Of a stretch of DNA of 64,000 nt, positions 40,869 to 52,059 are shown piece by piece. This stretch comes from Candidatus Heimdallarchaeota archaeon. Its GTDB lineage: Archaea; Asgardarchaeota; Heimdallarchaeia; JABLTI01. The stretch spans positions 1 through 64,000 of the forward strand of contig JAHLVW010000103.1 in assembly GCA_019058275.1 (NCBI GenBank), given 5' to 3'. A program made the position numbers and the translations under genes. The notes beneath the pieces are model-generated. The model was given only the letters and a program-made list of their open reading frames with translations, had not been told where the DNA came from and ran no database searches. Positions within the stretch are counted from its first letter, which is position 1. Each line of letters starts with the position of its first letter.

Positions 40869-43800
40869 ATGGGGAAAGTTGTTGGTTTATTCATGCTTAT
40901 AAGAAGAAGTTATCTATTAAAAACAAAGTTAATTTTTGCGATAATTACTTTAGGTGTCTTGGCGAATGACTCTTTTAGATTTTTTCAAAACACTTCTGCT
41001 CATTCTTCTATAGCTTATCCGACAGAAATTTTCTCTATATGGAATGGGACAAATCCTACAATAAATGGTAGTATTCATTTTACTTTTCAAGGAGTTGCTG
41101 ATGAATGGGTTTATGCAGCAGTTTATGATATGTATGATAGCTCAAATGCAATGGGCGGGAAGCTGCTTTTGCAAAATGATAATGCTAGTCTTTATGTTGC
41201 AATTGATGCAACTAATTTTCAAGTTTTGACTCCTATTGCAGAATGGGGAACAACAATTTATTTTGATATAGATCACAATGGAGTTTTATCATCTACTGAT
41301 AAGTCAATACGTTTTATCTCCAATAGTACTGATGACTATGTAGAGTACAGACAATATAATGAGCTTTTAAGTAGATGGAATGTTATTGAATGGAGAAATC
41401 CTGGTATGACTCTACCAGTTACTGGTATTTATTTTGATACTGCCTTTACAACTTCTGCTTTTGATAACATTACTAATCATAGACAATACGAGATAAAAAT
41501 TCCTTTCACAGCTATATCTAGTGGACCAGGGAATAGTAGTGGGATTGCTTTCGAAGCTACAGATGATTATTCAGATCAATACGCAGCAATAACTTGGCCA
41601 TATATTGCAGATAATTTACTTGAAATCAGAACCAATGCTAATGAATGGGGAGATGTCTCTTTTGGAGAATCCAGCAAAGATGATTTTGATTATGTTGTAG
41701 AACAAAATATGAATGTCAAATCATCTGCTTTAGGATATAACAATGGGACCTATATAACATCAGGTGATATTGATGGAAATGGTGATCAAGAAATTATTGT
41801 GAGTTCGAATAGAACTGTATTAGGTGACGATAATTTACTAGCTATCTTTGACTATAATGGGGCAGAGTTCCAGCGAATTTGGTCATCATGGACTACGAGC
41901 CATCAATCCATAATTACTTTTCCAATTAAAGGGATTAAGACTTATGATTTTGATGGGGATGGGAAGAATGAAATTTATGCTGTAGGTGAGTCTACAAGGA
42001 TACTACGTTTTAGTGAATGGAATAGTACATCGAATGATTTTGACACAAGTGAAATAATCTTTACTCATAGTTATTCATTAATGGGTTATCTAACAATTGG
42101 AGATGGAAATAATGATTCTCTTGCTGATCTTGTTTTTGGAGATCAAAATGGTTATGTCAGTGTATTAGAATATAATTCACTCTCTGATAGTTTCTCTCAT
42201 GATTTTCGATCGCCGTTTAGATTTAGGATAAATTTAGTATACCCATATAGAATTCATGTATTAACAGTTGGAGATATTGATAATGATATGCAAAATGAAA
42301 TTCTGTTTAATTATCAAGTAACAGCTGATGATCAAATCTCATCAACACAACTCCTAATTTATGAACGATCTGTAGCTAAATACTTGGATAATCCAGCAGA
42401 TGATTTGCCTGCAGGTTCATCCACTACAACAGCTGATCAATTTGGTCATATAATTTTAGTTGCCGATGTAGACAATGATTTAGACATGGAAACAATCATG
42501 GTAGGCAAAGATTATCTAAAAATCTTTGAACAATATTCATTTTCAGATCCCACCCCACCACTACAAATTTCACTAAATGATGGTTTATCTAAGCCATCAA
42601 TGAGTGGTGGAGCTGCTCTTGCAGATCTTGATGATGATGGAATAAATGAACTAATTTTTGGAGCAAATAATGGTACATTATATATTGGACATGTCACTGA
42701 TTTGGGTTCATCTCTTAGTTTTAGTTTAAACTGGTCTGGTGATTTTGGTAGTAGTCTAGGTTTCCATGGTGCTATTACAACAGGGGATTTTGATGGAGAT
42801 GGTAGAACTGAATTCATTGTTGGAGATAATTATGGGCAAATATTGGTTTTTGGTAAAGGGGAAGCTCCTCAAATTTCAATTACAAGTCCTAGTTCAGGTT
42901 ATGTCTCATCTCGAGATAATGTTTTAGTTACTTGGTCAGCATCTGATGATTTACAAACAGTACATCATTTTGATGTATATGTTGATGGTGGTTTTACTAA
43001 TAGAGTTGGAGGAGGTCAAACTAGTATCGTTGCTTATCTTACTCCAGGACAGAATATAATTGAAGTAATTGCTTTTGATTTCTCAGGTTTAAGTAAAAAC
43101 ACTAGTGTTATTGTCAAATTTGATGTTGATGCTCCACAGGTGACAATTACTAGCCCAGAGAATTACTTCATGACCGATCTAGGTTCAGTTCAGATTACTT
43201 TTGATATTAACGATCCTGATAATGATTTTGATACTTATGAAATCTATAGAAATAGTACCTTATTGAAAAACTCTAGTATAATTGAACCTTATGATGTAGT
43301 TCTACCAAGTGATGGTATATGGAACATTACAGTAATTGCTGTTGATGTTACTTTGTTGAAAGGTAGAGAGAGTGTCTTCGTAATAAAAGATACAACTCCA
43401 CCTTCAATATCAATAACCTCCCCTCTGGATGGAAGTGCTTTCAAAAATACTGAGTTAGATATCATTTGGTCTGCTTCAGATGAGTTAACAGATATTGATT
43501 ACTATGAGGTGTATGTAGATGGTGGATATATTGATACTACCACTTTAAAGACATATACTGTTTTACTTGCTGTTGATAAAGACTTTACAATAGCTGTTAG
43601 AGCTTATGATTTATTAGGTAATTTCCAATCTGATACGATTACTGTAACTCGAGATAGAGTTGATCCATTAATTGAAATTGATCCTTTAGCTTTACCAACA
43701 CTTGCTGATGGTACATTCTATACAGATAATCCATTTCTTTCCTTAACTTGGAATGCTACTGACAATCTTTTAGGTTCTGGTATTAGCCATACACAAATTA

Positions 43801-46412
43801 TCATTAATGGACTTCTATATGATACTTACACTCCTTCAACTACTACTGATATTGTTGATTTAGGAGATGATAGTTTCAAAGATATCTTCGTAAGAACATA
43901 TGATGAAGCAGGGAACTTTGAAGAGGATTATGTAGCAGTTATTCTCGATAGAACAAATCCTGAGCTTTCAATTAATAATCCGGTAAATAATTTCACAACA
44001 GGTCTTGATTATGTTATTATCTCTTGGTATGCACATGATGCTGGTGTTGGAATAAAAGAGCAAGTTGTTTTAGTTGATGGTGTAGTTGAAAATATCATAA
44101 CAGATCCAACTATAAGATTCTATCAAATCTCAATACCTGATACAAAAACTTACTTGATAATTATAAGAATAATAGATATCTTAGATCACTTTATTGAACA
44201 ATCAATTAATGTTACTCATGATCCAAATGCTCCAACAATTATGATAATAAATCCTTCTAGTGTGACAGACTATTCCAATACAATGACTGTAGATTTAACA
44301 TGGAATATAATTAATATGGATGTCAGTGTTTTTGAAATATATATCAATGGTACGTATTACGATAATTATACAAGTGGAACTATTAATGCTGTTGTTAATT
44401 TACCTGTAAATCCTTATGAATATCCACTCTTTAATCTGACAATTATCGCAATTACTACAGATATGAAAGTCTATCAAGATTATAGATGGATAATTGTAGA
44501 CCAAACTGATCCTGTAGTTTCTATTATCGATCCACTAGATGATGATATCATAACATTATCAAGCTTGCAAATTGAATGGTTCAGTTATGATGACGGTTCT
44601 GGATTAGAAAGATTGGAAATCCATATTGATGATTTAGTTTTGCTAAAAGATGAAGCTTCAATATCCCATGTATTGGATATTACTGGTTATGATGGAACAT
44701 ATGATTTACTGGTATATGCTTTTGATATTGCTGGAAATAATGCTTTTGATATTGTAACTATTGAAATCTCTCTCTTACCACCTGATTTTACAACCTCTTT
44801 AGAACCATTAACCATTTGTAATGACCTTAATATGCAATTTAATCTTTCAATCTATAATCCTAGATTGGGTGTGAAAACAGTTACTGTTATTGCTGATAGT
44901 GTAAATGATGTTTATTCAGTAGATTATGCGCTAGATTATGTAACATCTCCTATTTGGATATTGATAAATGTCACACAAAGTGATTTTCTAGATGGATTAG
45001 TAAATCATAATTTAACAATAAACGTGTATGATAGAGCAAATAGAGCGAGTAAAGAGGTTTACGATATAATTTTGGATGAAGTATATCCAGTATTTTGGCA
45101 AAATCCAGTTATTGATAACAGCATTTTAAGTAATACTCTCTTTGAAATAACTCTTGATGAAGAAGGTAATAACTACCATAATATTACAATTTATATTAAA
45201 GAAGAATATGGTCTTAGCAATGTAACATTAACAATTACAGGTTTAAATTATAGCGAAACATTTTGTATGATTTGTGTAGGTGAAAGAGCTACAAGTCCTC
45301 TCTATCAATATACTATTCAATTGAATTTTGATAATTTTGAGACAGGTGATTATCAATTAGTTTTCAATTTCACAGATGTAGCTGGTAATAGTAATTCAGC
45401 AATTTATAATATGCGAATAAATGAAGAAATAATTCTTGATACCGGAAATCCACTAATCTACGTGATTATAGGTGTTGTATTAACCGTAATAGTAGCTATT
45501 GTACTTGCTATTTCTCTACGTAAACCAATTTCAAATATTGGCTGGCGAGATGAATTGGTTGTTGTATCATATATTTTGAACTCAGGTCTTACAACAATAT
45601 TTGTACCTTACTCGCCTGAGATAATTACGGATGAACAGCTATTTGGCGGGGCGTTGACTGGAATAAGAGGTATTCTCGAGGAAATAATTGGAACTAAATC
45701 TGAGTTTGAAGTTGAAGTGTTTGAATTTGGTGAAAAGCACTTATTGATTTATTCAGGTTTATTTGGTGATTGTATATTAATAGTTAAGAAACTAAAACCA
45801 ATTCATGTAAGAACACTTAGTTTCTTTGCTGACGATTTTGAAAAACAATATTCTGAGGTATTGGATGATGATACTCACGTGACTCAAGAAGAATACAAAG
45901 GATCAGAAGAATTAGTTGAAAAATACTTTGGTAAAAGATTTAATCTTGAAACAATTGCATTTAGATTGTCAAGAGCTGAACGAGAAAAATTACATAGGAA
46001 ACTACAAGAAGATGAAATGATTGATCAAGATACAGTAATAAGCTCATTTTATGGTGAAATCATTACAAAGTATGAGAAATTTGATGAATTGCCTAGTAAG
46101 ACGAAAAACTTTGTAGGGGATGCAATAATTCTTGCTGAACAAGCACTTACAGAATTAATCTCATACGAATTTAAACACGCAAAAAGAAGTGCTAAAGCAT
46201 CATTAGAGAGTCTTGAAAAAGCAAGAAAAACAAAAGAACCTTTAGACAAGTATTTACAAATTCTGGATACAATTCCAAAAATCGTTGAAAAGGTTCTAGA
46301 AGGAGCATATCACGGAAAAAGAGGAAGAATAGAAGAACTCCATAAAGCTATTGAAGTTGCTTCGCAATTGTTCTTAAGTCAAATCACAAGTCTATCTGAA
46401 TTAGATAGATAG
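40869..46412 (+). CDS. Large surface receptor: DOMON/CBM9-like domain, FG-GAP propeller, ~9 Ig-like domains, TM, cytoplasmic longin-like and helical domains
   Basis: Seven D-x-D/N-x-D-x-x-x-E/D repeats, repeated P-x-I-x-I-x-x-P Ig starts, one TM near 45450-45520, and DEQLFGGALTGI in the tail. Confidence 0.8.
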   Translation: MGKVVGLFMLIRRSYLLKTKLIFAIITLGVLANDSFRFFQNTSAHSSIAYPTEIFSIWNGTNPTINGSIHFTFQGVADEWVYAAVYDMYDSSNAMGGKLLLQNDNASLYVAIDATNFQVLTPIAEWGTTIYFDIDHNGVLSSTDKSIRFISNSTDDYVEYRQYNELLSRWNVIEWRNPGMTLPVTGIYFDTAFTTSAFDNITNHRQYEIKIPFTAISSGPGNSSGIAFEATDDYSDQYAAITWPYIADNLLEIRTNANEWGDVSFGESSKDDFDYVVEQNMNVKSSALGYNNGTYITSGDIDGNGDQEIIVSSNRTVLGDDNLLAIFDYNGAEFQRIWSSWTTSHQSIITFPIKGIKTYDFDGDGKNEIYAVGESTRILRFSEWNSTSNDFDTSEIIFTHSYSLMGYLTIGDGNNDSLADLVFGDQNGYVSVLEYNSLSDSFSHDFRSPFRFRINLVYPYRIHVLTVGDIDNDMQNEILFNYQVTADDQISSTQLLIYERSVAKYLDNPADDLPAGSSTTTADQFGHIILVADVDNDLDMETIMVGKDYLKIFEQYSFSDPTPPLQISLNDGLSKPSMSGGAALADLDDDGINELIFGANNGTLYIGHVTDLGSSLSFSLNWSGDFGSSLGFHGAITTGDFDGDGRTEFIVGDNYGQILVFGKGEAPQISITSPSSGYVSSRDNVLVTWSASDDLQTVHHFDVYVDGGFTNRVGGGQTSIVAYLTPGQNIIEVIAFDFSGLSKNTSVIVKFDVDAPQVTITSPENYFMTDLGSVQITFDINDPDNDFDTYEIYRNSTLLKNSSIIEPYDVVLPSDGIWNITVIAVDVTLLKGRESVFVIKDTTPPSISITSPLDGSAFKNTELDIIWSASDELTDIDYYEVYVDGGYIDTTTLKTYTVLLAVDKDFTIAVRAYDLLGNFQSDTITVTRDRVDPLIEIDPLALPTLADGTFYTDNPFLSLTWNATDNLLGSGISHTQIIINGLLYDTYTPSTTTDIVDLGDDSFKDIFVRTYDEAGNFEEDYVAVILDRTNPELSINNPVNNFTTGLDYVIISWYAHDAGVGIKEQVVLVDGVVENIITDPTIRFYQISIPDTKTYLIIIRIIDILDHFIEQSINVTHDPNAPTIMIINPSSVTDYSNTMTVDLTWNIINMDVSVFEIYINGTYYDNYTSGTINAVVNLPVNPYEYPLFNLTIIAITTDMKVYQDYRWIIVDQTDPVVSIIDPLDDDIITLSSLQIEWFSYDDGSGLERLEIHIDDLVLLKDEASISHVLDITGYDGTYDLLVYAFDIAGNNAFDIVTIEISLLPPDFTTSLEPLTICNDLNMQFNLSIYNPRLGVKTVTVIADSVNDVYSVDYALDYVTSPIWILINVTQSDFLDGLVNHNLTINVYDRANRASKEVYDIILDEVYPVFWQNPVIDNSILSNTLFEITLDEEGNNYHNITIYIKEEYGLSNVTLTITGLNYSETFCMICVGERATSPLYQYTIQLNFDNFETGDYQLVFNFTDVAGNSNSAIYNMRINEEIILDTGNPLIYVIIGVVLTVIVAIVLAISLRKPISNIGWRDELVVVSYILNSGLTTIFVPYSPEIITDEQLFGGALTGIRGILEEIIGTKSEFEVEVFEFGEKHLLIYSGLFGDCILIVKKLKPIHVRTLSFFADDFEKQYSEVLDDDTHVTQEEYKGSEELVEKYFGKRFNLETIAFRLSRAEREKLHRKLQEDEMIDQDTVISSFYGEIITKYEKFDELPSKTKNFVGDAIILAEQALTELISYEFKHAKRSAKASLESLEKARKTKEPLDKYLQILDTIPKIVEKVLEGAYHGKRGRIEELHKAIEVASQLFLSQITSLSELDR

Positions 46413-46452
46413 CACTTTGATTTGAGATAAACTATTTTCTTTTATTTATTGC

Positions 46453-47397
46453 TTACATGAAACTCTTCTTTTCAGAATCTGAAGCTTCATATTTCCATGC
46501 TTCTGGGATAATAAGATCAACTGTCTTGGGTGTAATACCAAATTCTATTTTTTTGGCTTCTCTTGAAAAGATTTCACCTTCTGTAACCCAGGTCAAATTT
46601 TTCTCGCTTTCGAGTGTTATCTTCTTTCCATAGAGGATTTCTGCCTTCTTGTTCTTCTTAATGCTTTGAAACATTAATTTTATCATTGAATTGATGAGTC
46701 TGAACCCTTTGTAATCTTTCAAGAATACAACGCCTAGTTCACCTTTTTGTGGATGGTTGTCAGGTAGTACTTTATATCCACCTAATACATCACCAAAACC
46801 TAGTGCGAAAAATGAAAGGTCAATTTCTCTGACTTGATCACCAACAGTAATCTTGGTCTTAACAGGTTTGTATTTGAAAGCTGATTCAAAAGCCAATAAA
46901 GTATATCGTAAATCACCCTTTAACCAAGGTTTACCCCTAGTACGTTCAACTTCGTTAAGGTATCCAAGAAAAGCACCATTGACCATATCAAGAAAATAGC
47001 GTTTAGTATCGCCATATGCGTAAGCAACAGGTGCCTTTACTGTATATCCAGCCTTAACCACCTCAAAGGCTTTTTCCAAATTTTTTGGTATGCCATTTGT
47101 TTGGGATGCATCGCAAGAACCACCTGATGGAATTATACCAATTTTAATATCTGAATCATAAACCACATTGAGAATTTCATTTAACGTGCCATCGCCACCA
47201 ACGGATAAGATAGTTTTATGACCTGCATCTTTTGCCCTTTTTGTTACTTCAATACCATCGCCAACTTTGGTGGTCAACTCATACTCAAAATCTCCAAGCA
47301 CTTTTTTTGAAGTCTCGAGAATTTCATCTAAAATTTTCTCTGTTTTGCCCTCATTTGCATTTGGATTTATTACTAAGAAAGGAGTCCTAACTGCCAT
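46453..47397 (-). CDS. Diacylglycerol/lipid kinase family protein
   Basis: INP, GGDGTLNE, PSGGSCD and EGE motifs. Confidence 0.85.
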   Translation of the reverse strand: MAVRTPFLVINPNANEGKTEKILDEILETSKKVLGDFEYELTTKVGDGIEVTKRAKDAGHKTILSVGGDGTLNEILNVVYDSDIKIGIIPSGGSCDASQTNGIPKNLEKAFEVVKAGYTVKAPVAYAYGDTKRYFLDMVNGAFLGYLNEVERTRGKPWLKGDLRYTLLAFESAFKYKPVKTKITVGDQVREIDLSFFALGFGDVLGGYKVLPDNHPQKGELGVVFLKDYKGFRLINSMIKLMFQSIKKNKKAEILYGKKITLESEKNLTWVTEGEIFSREAKKIEFGITPKTVDLIIPEAWKYEASDSEKKSFM

Positions 47398-47486
47398 TTT
47401 GTAAAAATCTCCTAATTGTTTTTTAATTCAAGGAAGATTGCATCTTAATATCTTTTATGTTCTTTTTCGACATAAATAATAACAAT

Positions 47487-48469
47487 TCATTGGGGAATTT
47501 TTCCTTTATTAATAGATTTTATCGCATTCTTTTTCTCGGAGTTGGATTGATATTTGTATTTCCATCCTTCAGGAATTATCAAATTAACTTGTTTTGAATG
47601 AATGCCAATATCCACTCTGGTTGTTTTTGTTGAAAATATCTCACCCTCAGCAACCCATGTCATAGGTGTTTCGCTTTCAACTGTTACATTCTTCCCATAG
47701 AGAACTTCTGCATGTTTATTCTTCTCTACACTTTGAAACATTAATCTCATCATTGAAACTAAAAATTTGAAGCTTTTTATATCCTTGATGATAGCAACAC
47801 CGAGTTTACATTTCCTAGGATTATTTCCAGGAATAATTTCATACCCAGCAACCACATTGCTCAATCCTGTGGTGAAATAAGCTAAACTTACCTCTTCTAT
47901 TACTTGGTCGTCGATAATAACTTTGGATTTTGGAGCTTTGTACTTGAACGCTGCTTCGAAAGCCATTATTGTATAACGTAAATCTCCTTTTAACCATGGT
48001 TTCCCCCAAGTAGCTTCACGATCATTAACATAACCTGCAAGTCCACTGTTAACCATATCAATGAAATATCTGTTTGAATCACCTAAAGCTATTCCAATAG
48101 GTAATTTCTCAGAATGACCTGATGCTACTATTTCAAATGATCTTTCAAGATTTAAGGGAATTGCGTGTGCTTGAAATGCCTCACAAGAACCACCAGTGGG
48201 TATCATACCTACTGCAATATCTGTATTTGCAACAGCATTAATTACTTCGTTGAGCGCGTTCCATCTCCACCAACAGCAAGAATCGTTTTAAATCCATTTT
48301 TGATTGCTTTTTCTGCAATAGATATACCATCACCTGTTTTTGTGGTTAATTCATACTCAAAATCCCCAAGTATTCTTTTTGATGAATTTAGAATAGAATT
48401 AACTATCTTCTCAGTTTTGCCTTCATTAACATTTGGATTTATCACTAAGAAAGGAGTACTATTTGCCAT
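47487..48469 (-). pseudogene. Tandem paralog lipid kinase, frameshifted right after GGDGT
   Basis: GGDGT followed by a 2-nt CG duplication near 48255; LNEVINAV continues in another frame. Confidence 0.85.
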
Positions 48470-48694
48470 TATGAATTGATCTCTTGTTAATTGCTAAGTC
48501 TAGAAAGTTTGTGATTTAATATCTTTTCTGCTTTAGTTTTTATTGAAATATATATTTTCAAGAATAAACAGAACTAGATAGTTACCTTTTTATCAGAATA
48601 ACTTCTCACAGAGATGAGAATATATTTTTATATCATTATTGTTATATTAAAGTAACCAAAATCGTAAGAGAAGCAAAAACTCGAGGATAAATGA

Positions 48695-48943
48695 ATGTCT
48701 TCAACAAAAACGAAGAAACACAGAAAACTAGATTTCCTAGATATACAGAATAATGCTACAGAATTATATGATACTATGACTGAGTATTTGATACTAAAAA
48801 ATAAGTATGAAGAACCAACAGATGTAAAACGATTAAGAATACAAGCTGAGGAAACACTAAAAGTTAATGATCTAAATTATGATCAAGCATACAATTATTT
48901 TAGCACAGCCTTGAAGCTTATGAAGGCTTATTATAATTTGTAG
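48695..48943 (+). CDS. Small helical hypothetical protein
   Basis: ORF with GAGG upstream; no recognised motif. Confidence 0.5.
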   Translation: MSSTKTKKHRKLDFLDIQNNATELYDTMTEYLILKNKYEEPTDVKRLRIQAEETLKVNDLNYDQAYNYFSTALKLMKAYYNL

Positions 48944-48970
48944 GAAATTGCTATATCTTAAAGAAAATAG

Positions 48971-49375
48971 TTGGTTGATTTTTATAGACCAGATTATTTG
49001 AGGAAAGAGAAAATGACACAAGATGAAAAAGCACTAGTAAGGAAAACAATGGAAATCTATATCGAAGCTAGCAGATGGTTAGATTATGATAAAGTAATAT
49101 CTGTCGTCCATCCAGATGCCCGGTTATTTATTGGGAATACTTCTGAGAGCAAAAATCTCTACAAACATTGGAAACAAGGTTTAGAGCGTTTTAAGGATAT
49201 AGATAGAGAAGAATCCAATAAGAATACTAAAATTGAGATTCTTTCAATTGAAGTTGAAGGAACAATAGTGAATGTTAAACTAAATTACAATTCCAGGTAT
49301 TATGATTTTCATAACCTGATTAAAATCAATGAAGAATGGAAAATTGTAGATAAAGTTTCACACGAAATAGAATAA
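48971..49375 (+). CDS. NTF2-like (lumazine-binding/SnoaL) protein
   Basis: HPDA...IEVEG...YYDFHNLIKINEEWKIVDK. Confidence 0.75.
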   Translation: MVDFYRPDYLRKEKMTQDEKALVRKTMEIYIEASRWLDYDKVISVVHPDARLFIGNTSESKNLYKHWKQGLERFKDIDREESNKNTKIEILSIEVEGTIVNVKLNYNSRYYDFHNLIKINEEWKIVDKVSHEIE

Positions 49376-49405
49376 ATGAATCATAAAAATGGAGGAAGAT
49401 AAAAT

Positions 49406-50167
49406 ATGTTTATTGATACACACTTGCATTTAGAAAAACGTTGGTTAAAGGATGATACTAATCGTCAATTTGCCATTGATGATATCAATAAAAATAAGAT
49501 AATTACTTGGGCTGTGACATCTGATATACAATCATATAAAGAGACGATTGAGTATGCAAAACAGTCAAAATACATTTTTGCATCTTTTGGTGTTCTACCT
49601 TGGTATGCTCACGAATATGTTGATAGATTTGATGAGATTGCTAAATTATGTGAAGAAGCAATCATGCTCGGAGAAATTGGCTTAGATGAAAAATATGCTA
49701 AAGATAAAGCTTGCATTCCACATCAAAAACCAATGCTTGAGATTTTCTTGAAAGAAGCAGAGAAAAATAACAAAATAATGAATCTTCATTTCCGAGGAAA
49801 AGAACGAGAGAGTTTCGAGATTATAAAAAGCTACAAAATCAAGAAACCAATATTCCATGGCTATTCTGGTGAAATAGATTTAATGAAGGAAATTAACGAC
49901 CTAGGGTACTATTACTCAATAGGTCGAAGATATAATGAAGAAAAACTACTTGAAATTCCAGATGATCTTTTACTATTGGAAATTGATGTTCTTCCTACAG
50001 AGGATTTCAAAGTTCCATCTGAAGTCTTTTCAGATATGCTAGAACGACATGCGAAAGTAAGGAATATTACACTTGAAGAACTGGAAGCAATAAATCAAAA
50101 GAACGTCTTAAGACTCATTGGTGATGATCCAAACCTAAATGAAATGAAGAAGCTAATCCAAGGCTAA
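49406..50167 (+). CDS. tatD: TatD-family hydrolase
   Basis: IDTHLH, GEIGLD, LH, FHGY and LEID motifs. Confidence 0.8.
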   Translation: MFIDTHLHLEKRWLKDDTNRQFAIDDINKNKIITWAVTSDIQSYKETIEYAKQSKYIFASFGVLPWYAHEYVDRFDEIAKLCEEAIMLGEIGLDEKYAKDKACIPHQKPMLEIFLKEAEKNNKIMNLHFRGKERESFEIIKSYKIKKPIFHGYSGEIDLMKEINDLGYYYSIGRRYNEEKLLEIPDDLLLLEIDVLPTEDFKVPSEVFSDMLERHAKVRNITLEELEAINQKNVLRLIGDDPNLNEMKKLIQG

Positions 50168-50301
50168 TCAAACTTAATACTTTATGAATGTATTGAGTTT
50201 TCTATTATTTTATGTTTAAATCATGAAATGAACATATAAACAGAAATTTTTCTATTCCAAATTGTGGTGAAAAGATTTCATCTAACAGCAATGGTAGTAT
50301 T

Positions 50302-50628
50302 ATGAATTCAAAAATATCTAAAAGACTATTTTTTTCACCATTGATTCAAAGCTATTTTTCGATCATATATAGCTTTGTATGTATAGTTTTAGTAATTATT
50401 TCTATGAAAATTCATATACCATACAAATCTGATCCTGAATACTTGTTATTCATATTTTTCTTAATTATAATAAGAGTTAGTATAATAGGTATAATCTTTG
50501 GCATTAAAAATAGTCATATTATTGAGGGTTTTATAAGTAGCATTTTATGTTATTTGGCTTCTATATTTTTTTCAAGTCAGCTTTTGATATTTAATCAATT
50601 TATTCTTCCTTATTGGTGGGCGATATGA
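50302..50628 (+). CDS. Small three-TM protein
   Basis: Three hydrophobic helices. Confidence 0.5.
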   Translation: MNSKISKRLFFSPLIQSYFSIIYSFVCIVLVIISMKIHIPYKSDPEYLLFIFFLIIIRVSIIGIIFGIKNSHIIEGFISSILCYLASIFFSSQLLIFNQFILPYWWAI

Positions 50629-50718
50629 TTAATGAATTATGCATGCTTATGTTGGTGTTTTATTTATTTTTCACTTTAGACAATAGGTTCATATGATGAA
50701 TTCCATAACAATTTCTTC

Positions 50719-51555
50719 ATGAAGCAATGGGAAAAAGAAAAGTTTGTAGTTGAAAGAACTTCAACACCAATAACTAAAACATCTTTAATCAAGGATTTTG
50801 AAAACATTAGTCTCAAGAAAGGCGATACAGTTATTGTTCATAGTTCTATGAGCAAATTAGGTTGGACTGTAGGTGGTCCAAATTCAGTTATTGAAGCTTT
50901 AATGGATGTGATTACTAGAGAAGGCACAATTGCAATGCCTACTATGACAACAGGCAATACAGATCCGAGACGTTGGAATTATCCTTCCGTACCTAAAGAA
51001 TGGTGGCCAATAATTCGAGCTGAAAGACCTGCTTACCAACCTGAAGCTACACCAACTCGAGGAATGGGTCGAATTCCATAGGTATTTCGCACATATCCTG
51101 AAGTTTGTCGAAGTAATCATCCGATATATTCATTCACAGCATGGGGAAAGAATGCGAAAAATATAATTGAAAATCATAATTATACAGACACCTTTACAGG
51201 AAAGAGTCCTTTAGGAAGATTATATCAATTAAATGCTAGGATTTTACTGATTGGTGTAGGTCATATCAATAATACTTCTCTTCATCATGCTGAATGGAAA
51301 ACAAATATTCCTAACTTCCCAAGAGTACCTCAAGGAGCTGCTCTTTTGGAGAATGGAAAACGAGTTTGGAAAGATTGGGAAGAACTTGAATATAGCGATG
51401 AAGATTTTACTGAAGTAGGAAATGCTTTTGAAAAATCGATAAATTATGAACCCAAACTGATTGAACAGACTGAAAGCCGTTTAGTATCTATGAGAGAATT
51501 AGTTGATTTTGCTGTAGATTGGTTTAGAAAGAATCGTAAATATAATGAAAAATAG
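50719..51555 (+). pseudogene. AAC(3)/YokD-family acetyltransferase with one in-frame TAG
   Basis: VIVHSSM, GTIAMPT, MGRIP*VFR, RSNHP, SPLGRL and NTSLHHAE motifs. TAG at 51079-51081 where Glu is expected. Confidence 0.88.
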
Positions 51556-51655
51556 ATGAATTTTTTACATTTTATACGTTTTTTTATTATAAATAAGAAT
51601 TAAATAGATCTTAGTCAATAATTATTGTAATATTACTCTGGGGGCTGGAATTTAA

Positions 51656-52000
51656 ATGACTGAATTAGAGAAACATGAAAATGAAGTTTTGATAGAGAAA
51701 ATGCGTGCAACCAAAATTAGAAATCTTCTATTACATTATATTGAAAAAACACAAGATGATTTTGATCATTATTTATGTTATGAGAAATATGGTTCTGCGA
51801 AATTTAAAAAGAAGAAATATACTTTAGATAAAGAGGATCTTGCTGAACAAAGTAAAATAAAATCAAGGAATTTTAAATTAGTATTTAAAGAACTTTTTGA
51901 AAAAGCTACTGAACAAAAACCAATCTTAGAAGTTCTAAGTAAAAACGATTCTAATGACAAAATCCGTGATTGGGCTAAATCCTTGCTGGTAAAATTGTAA
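51656..52000 (+). CDS. Hypothetical protein with a C-terminal HEAT-like helix pair
   Basis: DSNDKIRDWAK motif. Confidence 0.5.
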   Translation: MTELEKHENEVLIEKMRATKIRNLLLHYIEKTQDDFDHYLCYEKYGSAKFKKKKYTLDKEDLAEQSKIKSRNFKLVFKELFEKATEQKPILEVLSKNDSNDKIRDWAKSLLVKL

Positions 52001-52059
52001 GCTCTAGAAAGACTATCTTACTATTCCAGCTGTTTTTTATTCCATCAACAGTGCTGAAA

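Noticed and set aside
50719-51555. Functional aminoglycoside resistance gene
   Set aside because: The AAC(3)/YokD family is broad with unknown substrates, and this copy has an internal TAG.
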